Source: a virus. From it: DNA of 64,000 nt. The stretch lies in the IMG/VR virus record IMGVR_UViG_3300042290_000544. One strand, 5' to 3'. Of this stretch, positions 58,712-64,000 are shown piece by piece; position 1 is the first letter of the stretch; every line of letters starts with the position of its first letter. The notes beneath the pieces were generated by a model. That model saw only the letters and a list, made by a program, of their open reading frames with translations. It searched no databases and had not been told where the DNA came from. A program made the translations under genes and the position numbers.

Positions 58712-59419
58712 TTATTTGTTTTCGTAAAAGCCGCGGTACAATTCGGTTTCTTCGGCTCCGATATTCTTTCTGAGGAATTCAAGTGCTGGGTCTCGGGTAC
58801 CGTCGATACGATTGTGTCCGTTACCGTAACCACCACTGACTCCATACATACCTTTGATTCCGATAAGAGTTCTCTCGAAATCTTTGGGTTCATGGATCTT
58901 TTTACTTGCCTTCTTTATGTTCCAGAGGCGAACATCAACAAATGGGCACGTATCTTTTAAGATATTGGGCATCTCGTGGAATAGATTGCGATTAAACGAG
59001 CTCTGACAGAGACTGCAATGGGTCATATTGCTATGGATCGACCACGTTCTTTTAAGCACATTGTAATAAAGAGCGCGACCCTCTCCGACTAGATCGTAGG
59101 TGCCCGAATTAAACCAGCCTATTGTTTTTTCAAGATAGTCCTTGGAATACCAGTCATCGTCCTCGATAATGACCACGGCATCTCCCGTAATCATTTCCTG
59201 ATGCTCAAATAGATTCCTTAACTTTAACACCAAACTCTGTTTTCCCTTGGTCTCGGGCGTATGGATATGCTGCTGACCGAGTGTGCAATTGACGGGCATT
59301 GTGCTATCGTCCAAGACAATCCATTGATGGTAAGGCACCGTCTGTCGAGCCATAAATCTTTCACAGAGTTTAAATGCTTCTTGACGGTTGCATGTGGGAG
59401 TCACGAGAGTAAGTTTCAT
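58712..59419 (-). CDS. Glycosyltransferase family 2-like
   Basis: VTPT.NR, W.VLDD and EDDDWY motifs. Confidence 0.8.
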   Translation of the reverse strand: MKLTLVTPTCNRQEAFKLCERFMARQTVPYHQWIVLDDSTMPVNCTLGQQHIHTPETKGKQSLVLKLRNLFEHQEMITGDAVVIIEDDDWYSKDYLEKTIGWFNSGTYDLVGEGRALYYNVLKRTWSIHSNMTHCSLCQSSFNRNLFHEMPNILKDTCPFVDVRLWNIKKASKKIHEPKDFERTLIGIKGMYGVSGGYGNGHNRIDGTRDPALEFLRKNIGAEETELYRGFYENK

Positions 59420-59449
59420 AAATGGTTATTTATTATAAATAGAACATCC

Positions 59450-60673
59450 ATGTTTGAACTACTTTCACTCCAATCTGTTGCCGATACGTACATCGATATG
59501 TTGTCGGAAGCAACGAATCCCAATCAGCTGACTCATATTCATCATCCGGAAGACCGACCGTTAATGCACGGCTCACAGGGATTTGAACATGCACACGCGG
59601 CTCTCATGCATGCGCACGAGCATATGAAGGCGAAGAAACATAGTTCCGACCTTACCATGAAGTATGACGGTTCTCCGTCATTGGTCTTCGGACATCATCC
59701 AGTCACCAAGAAATTCTTTGTTGCGACCAAGTCGGCTTTCAATAAGAATCCAAAATTAAACTATTCTGATTCCGACATTGAAAAGCATCATGGTCATGCT
59801 CCGGGCTTGGTCGGTAAGTTGAAACATGCTCTGAAGCATCTTCCAAAGGTTGCTCCAAAACAAGGCGTCTATCAAGGCGACCTCATGCACACCCGTGAAG
59901 ATCATAAACTGCATGAAGCAGTCTCATTCACTCCCAACACTATTACCTACACGGCACGCGGAGATGAAGAAAAAAAGGTAAAGAAATCTCATGTCGGTAT
60001 CGTAGTGCACCAACAGTATCATCCGCATCCGAATAAGCCGGGCGTCGAGCATATGTCGGTGAGCCCGCATCCCGACACCCACAATTTTAAACAGCATCCC
60101 GACGTTCATCTCAAGACTGCCGAACACGATACAAGTAAAGTTGAATACGGTAAATCGGATCAAAGTGCGTTCCATAAACATATGGGAGCAGCCAAGGCAA
60201 TTCACGACAAGCACGGCGCCTCAATGTACAAAGCAACCGCGCGGCACCAGGGCGAGGCAGGACATCTTTCAACGTACATTAATCAGACCGTCCGTACCGG
60301 CGAGACGCCAAATGCACAGGGCTTCCAAAAGCATCTTATGGGTCATCATGCCAAACTGGCATCAAAGGTAAAGACTCCGGCTGCAGTTGCAAGACACCAC
60401 GCAACCGGCGCCGAACATGTCTCCCACGTGTCGAAACACGCTGGACACTACAATAATCTTCTTTCAATGCACAGTCATCTGGCTGCCGCAAAGAATACCC
60501 TTGTAAAGAACCTTGAGACCCATGAAGGCGGTCTGGAGCATCATATCGATGGTGCCAAGTCGAAGCCCGAAGGTTTTGTCGTGAATCACAAATTCAAGGG
60601 TAAGACTCATCCGACCAAACTGGTGAATCGTGCCGAATTTGCAAAAGCAAACTTTGCCAAAGTAAGAGGATGA
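59450..60673 (+). CDS. His-rich ATP-dependent ligase-fold protein (DUF6267-like)
   Basis: KYDGSP, QGD, EGFV and KLV.R.EF motifs; TATAAATA at 59434-59441. Confidence 0.7.
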   Translation: MFELLSLQSVADTYIDMLSEATNPNQLTHIHHPEDRPLMHGSQGFEHAHAALMHAHEHMKAKKHSSDLTMKYDGSPSLVFGHHPVTKKFFVATKSAFNKNPKLNYSDSDIEKHHGHAPGLVGKLKHALKHLPKVAPKQGVYQGDLMHTREDHKLHEAVSFTPNTITYTARGDEEKKVKKSHVGIVVHQQYHPHPNKPGVEHMSVSPHPDTHNFKQHPDVHLKTAEHDTSKVEYGKSDQSAFHKHMGAAKAIHDKHGASMYKATARHQGEAGHLSTYINQTVRTGETPNAQGFQKHLMGHHAKLASKVKTPAAVARHHATGAEHVSHVSKHAGHYNNLLSMHSHLAAAKNTLVKNLETHEGGLEHHIDGAKSKPEGFVVNHKFKGKTHPTKLVNRAEFAKANFAKVRG

Positions 60674-61293
60674 AATCATTCCTTGAGTTTTTAGCCGAAG
60701 CAGGTGAACACGGAACACTTCATTCATTTGATGTGGACGAAACTCTATTCAAGACAAATGCAAAGGTGCACGTGATGCACGGAAATAAGCACGTTACATC
60801 CCTAAGCAATTCGGAATACAATACTCATAAATTGTCTCCTGGTCACCACTACGATTATAGCGAATTTCAAGATTCTAAAAAGTTTCATGATGAATCGCAT
60901 CCCATCCATAAGATGTTGGCCAAGGTAAAGGCGATTCATAATAACATTAGGAACTCTCCGCAGCATAAGATCATTATCAATACCGCCAGAGGCGATATGA
61001 ATGATAAGGAAAAGTACCTTGCTAAATTTAAAAAGCACGGTCTACCGATTCATGATATTCACGTAAACCGAGCAGGTAATGACAAGACTCCAGGTAGCGT
61101 TGCAGAAAGGAAAGCACGTGTAATCGACCATCATATCGCTCAACATAAATTTAAGAGTGTGCATGTGTACGACGACGACACTAAGAATTTAGATCACTCT
61201 TTAGCTTTGGGTAAAAAGCATCCTAATACAAAAATTCACGCATGGCACGTGCAGCACAACGGAAGTATTAAGGCGTATCACGGAGCACAATAA
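60670..61293 (+). CDS. His-rich HAD phosphatase (PNKP phosphatase-like)
   Basis: FDVDETL, TAR, K and YDDD..NL motifs; MKSFLEFLAE start. Confidence 0.75.
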   Translation: MKSFLEFLAEAGEHGTLHSFDVDETLFKTNAKVHVMHGNKHVTSLSNSEYNTHKLSPGHHYDYSEFQDSKKFHDESHPIHKMLAKVKAIHNNIRNSPQHKIIINTARGDMNDKEKYLAKFKKHGLPIHDIHVNRAGNDKTPGSVAERKARVIDHHIAQHKFKSVHVYDDDTKNLDHSLALGKKHPNTKIHAWHVQHNGSIKAYHGAQ

Positions 61294-61295
61294 TT

Positions 61296-61916
61296 ATGCT
61301 ATCATTCAAACAATTTGTCACTGAAGCCGCAGCAGCCGATTCGCACCATGTATTGGCATTCGGTCGTATGAATCCTATTACCAACGGACACGAGACTGTG
61401 GTGAATAAGGTCCACGAAATTGCAAAGAAGCATAATGCCGGACACACCGTTGTGGTGTCTCACTCGCAGGACGCAAAGAAGAATCCGCTCACAGGCGCAC
61501 AGAAAGTAAAGCACGCCAAGCACGCTTTCCCGGGTACTAATGTTGTTGCTTCCAGTAAGGAAAGCCCAACGATTCTGCATCACGCGGCTCATCTATCCGA
61601 CAAAGGTGTAAAGCATCTACACGTGATTGTCGGTTCCGACCGCGCCAAGGAGATGCACGGTTTACTCCACAAGTACAATGGAAAGCCATCGGCTGGTGGA
61701 CACAAGGGTTACAATTTTAAATCCATTACTGTACATTCTGCCGGACAACGTGATCCGGATGCAGAAGGTGTGAGTGGTATTTCAGCAAGCAAGATGCGCG
61801 CTCATGCTGCCGAGGGTAACAAGAAAGCCTTCCATGCAGGAGCACCCTCAAAAATGTCGGCTGATCATAAGGACGCCATGTACCACGATGTCCGTAAGGG
61901 AATGGGTATTGGTTAA
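61296..61916 (+). CDS. His-rich cytidylyltransferase-like nucleotidyltransferase
   Basis: FGRMNP.T.GH, KNPL, VGSDR, SAG.RDPD and SASKMR motifs; MLSFKQFVTE start. Confidence 0.85.
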   Translation: MLSFKQFVTEAAAADSHHVLAFGRMNPITNGHETVVNKVHEIAKKHNAGHTVVVSHSQDAKKNPLTGAQKVKHAKHAFPGTNVVASSKESPTILHHAAHLSDKGVKHLHVIVGSDRAKEMHGLLHKYNGKPSAGGHKGYNFKSITVHSAGQRDPDAEGVSGISASKMRAHAAEGNKKAFHAGAPSKMSADHKDAMYHDVRKGMGIG

Positions 61917-62821
61917 AGCTGAGTTTTAAATGTTCTGCCGCCAGAGGGGTAAATCGAAACTCTGGCTCCTTTAATATCAAATTGGCTTCTATCGCCTTTA
62001 TAAATCATTGCAAGTACAGGATCAAATCCGCCAGACGGTATATCGCCATGATAATGAACATGTCCGGTTGCAGTTAATCTAAAAACACCATTGGATAATT
62101 GTTCAAGACCCGGGTCGCCTTGTAATAAAACATCTACTTTATTTTCATTAATACCGCCCGTATCATAATTGACGCCGAATACCGACATCATTTTTAGATT
62201 TTTATCTTTTATCGGCATATACGCGGATTCACCGTTAGGCATTTGTTCACCGTATAATGCCTTGCATTTTACAGCAAATTGTTTAACCTCTGGATGAGCA
62301 GCAATTCTGTCTTCCGTAACTCCGCCCCATTGTTGAAAGTCTCTTGGGGTCGAACCTTTTTTATGTGAAATATGCACAAGAGGTCTACCATTTGAGTCAG
62401 CTAAATGGAAATCACTTTTTGGTGTTCCATTTGTTTTAGCGACCTTACAGACTCCTTTAACAATTCTGTTTTTTAATTTAACAGTGATTGGACCGCCATT
62501 CGCCGTAACGGCGTTCAATACAGCAGTGGTTAATTTATTAATTGCATCCAGTTCGACATCAAGCCCGCCTGTTCTACCGTCGGCTTTAACGTAGATTTTT
62601 ACATCTCCGACTATCACACCACCAATCGATGAGCCACTTAGATTTTTATTTACTTTTGCTCCTAAATTAGAAAGTGTCGTTGCAATATCTTCTAATTTTG
62701 CAATTCTATCACCGTTTACCATTACGGTTATTTTTGTACTGGTTACGTCCTTAACTTTAAATTTTTTCTTTTTAAGGATTTCAGCTATATCTTTTCCGGT
62801 AATTTTTAGGTCTTTAGCCAT
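61913..62821 (-). CDS. Hypothetical protein, possible restriction-endonuclease-like fold
   Basis: TPKSDF...ISHK and FQQWGG motifs; late promoter upstream. Confidence 0.5.
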   Translation of the reverse strand: MAKDLKITGKDIAEILKKKKFKVKDVTSTKITVMVNGDRIAKLEDIATTLSNLGAKVNKNLSGSSIGGVIVGDVKIYVKADGRTGGLDVELDAINKLTTAVLNAVTANGGPITVKLKNRIVKGVCKVAKTNGTPKSDFHLADSNGRPLVHISHKKGSTPRDFQQWGGVTEDRIAAHPEVKQFAVKCKALYGEQMPNGESAYMPIKDKNLKMMSVFGVNYDTGGINENKVDVLLQGDPGLEQLSNGVFRLTATGHVHYHGDIPSGGFDPVLAMIYKGDRSQFDIKGARVSIYPSGGRTFKTQL

Positions 62822-62839
62822 AGTACCTATATTTATAGG

Positions 62840-63319
62840 TCAATAGTCTGGGTCCTTAGAGTACCACGGTTTCTTGTTGTACCGCTTGTCGGTCACAAAC
62901 ATTTCGTAGAGACCCACCTCGCGCCCATACGCATCAATTTCCCACGGTAGTTCCCAATAACTACCGACATTGACGTGGTATTCTTTTCCCTTCCACTTAA
63001 CGATAAAGCAATTGTCGGTATCGCACATTTCTCGTTTCACAAACTGTTTGACGTGGACGCACTCGTGAGCCAGTGCCCGTAGGACGCCGTGCATTTTCAT
63101 GCTGGAATCAATTGTGATATTGAATTCTCGCGGCTTATCCCTGTCATCCTCCCAGATACAATCTGCTTTCAGCCCATCCTTCTTAAAGAGACCCTTACGC
63201 AGTTTGATCAGTAGCATGACTGAGTACGCTGGGATGAGGTCCTTGAGGTAATTGTTGGCGGCTTCTTTGACCAGCTTCTTTTGTAGCTTGGTACCGCCGG
63301 AGACGATGATTTCATTCAT
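62840..63319 (-). CDS. HEXXH metallopeptidase-like protein
   Basis: LAHECVHVKQ and PWEIDAY motifs. Confidence 0.8.
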   Translation of the reverse strand: MNEIIVSGGTKLQKKLVKEAANNYLKDLIPAYSVMLLIKLRKGLFKKDGLKADCIWEDDRDKPREFNITIDSSMKMHGVLRALAHECVHVKQFVKREMCDTDNCFIVKWKGKEYHVNVGSYWELPWEIDAYGREVGLYEMFVTDKRYNKKPWYSKDPDY

Positions 63320-63834
63320 GGTAATGGTTTCCAGTTGATGGGAGACTTGGAATTGACGCGGAATACGGCATACGTTCGACTAAAGAATTCCTTGGCGGTA
63401 ATGCGTTCGGTGTGATAGACCCCTTGGTCCACTGTATGGAATATGATGTAGTCCTCCTCCGAGGTGACTATGACGATGGCGGCATGAACCATATCCCTAT
63501 TCACATTTCCGGGTACTCTTGCAGCAAGCTCGTCGGGTATTAGACCGATCCAGAAATAAGGCATACCGAAGTCCACATTGCAGTCAATGACATCGAGCCC
63601 CTTTGAGACCACATAGATGCACTGGAGTTTGGCAGTTGGCATCCGTTTGTTCCATGCTTCTATCGAAGCAAAGAATGTGGGAGCCGTTCGCCTATCCGGA
63701 ACTAATTTCTGCACCCATTCCTTATAGGATACCGGTGCATCCATAAGGCCCGAAAGAGTCTGATAGGTGAGCGGTACACAGTCGTTGGCCCGTAGCGAAC
63801 CAATAAGGAGTAGGATGCAGAGGGGGAGTCTCAT
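63316..63834 (-). CDS. Hypothetical secreted protein
   Basis: Signal-like N-terminus; NDC and HA motifs hint at a papain-like fold. Confidence 0.5.
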   Translation of the reverse strand: MRLPLCILLLIGSLRANDCVPLTYQTLSGLMDAPVSYKEWVQKLVPDRRTAPTFFASIEAWNKRMPTAKLQCIYVVSKGLDVIDCNVDFGMPYFWIGLIPDELAARVPGNVNRDMVHAAIVIVTSEEDYIIFHTVDQGVYHTERITAKEFFSRTYAVFRVNSKSPINWKPLP

Positions 63835-64000
63835 ATTCCGTGTTCTTTACGCCAAAGGCCAAACAGACTTTGCGAGTCGAGCGGACTACAACCAATTCGA
63901 TCGGGCATGCAAAGATCGATCCAGATACGAATATCCTCGGGAGTCATCTTCTCGTATGGTGAAAAGTCACAAAAGACGGTAGTACCGTTTTCATGAACGA

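Noticed and set aside
1-64000. Stop-codon reassignment
   Set aside because: Core genes are full length in the standard code and no clear suppressor tRNA was found.

Overview
64 kb of a large T4-like myophage genome (not a bacterial chromosome). From left to right: (1) baseplate, head-completion and tail genes (gp53, gp48, gp4, gp2, tail tube-like, gp26/gp51, tape measure-like); (2) gp32, gp59 and gp33; (3) a curli-like secretion and signalling module (CsgF, CsgG, curlin-repeat protein, FecR, CHASE2 adenylate cyclase); (4) a hypervariable early region of small ORFs driven by a repeated promoter cassette; (5) a 7.7 kb minus-strand RNA island with 29 tRNAs covering all 20 amino acids, a tmRNA and about 20 unidentified stem-closed RNA candidates; (6) ClpP, exonuclease, PhoH, RNase H and nrdAB; (7) His-rich proteins that are probably packaged in the capsid. 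The best new-system candidate is at the head of the RNA island. There a 30-codon leader ORF samples 18 amino acids and 26 different codons, and its 3' end overlaps an antiterminator that competes with an intrinsic terminator. This looks like a ribosome-mediated attenuator that would turn on the phage tRNA array when any host tRNA becomes limiting. All calls were made by eye; no database searches or folding programs were run.
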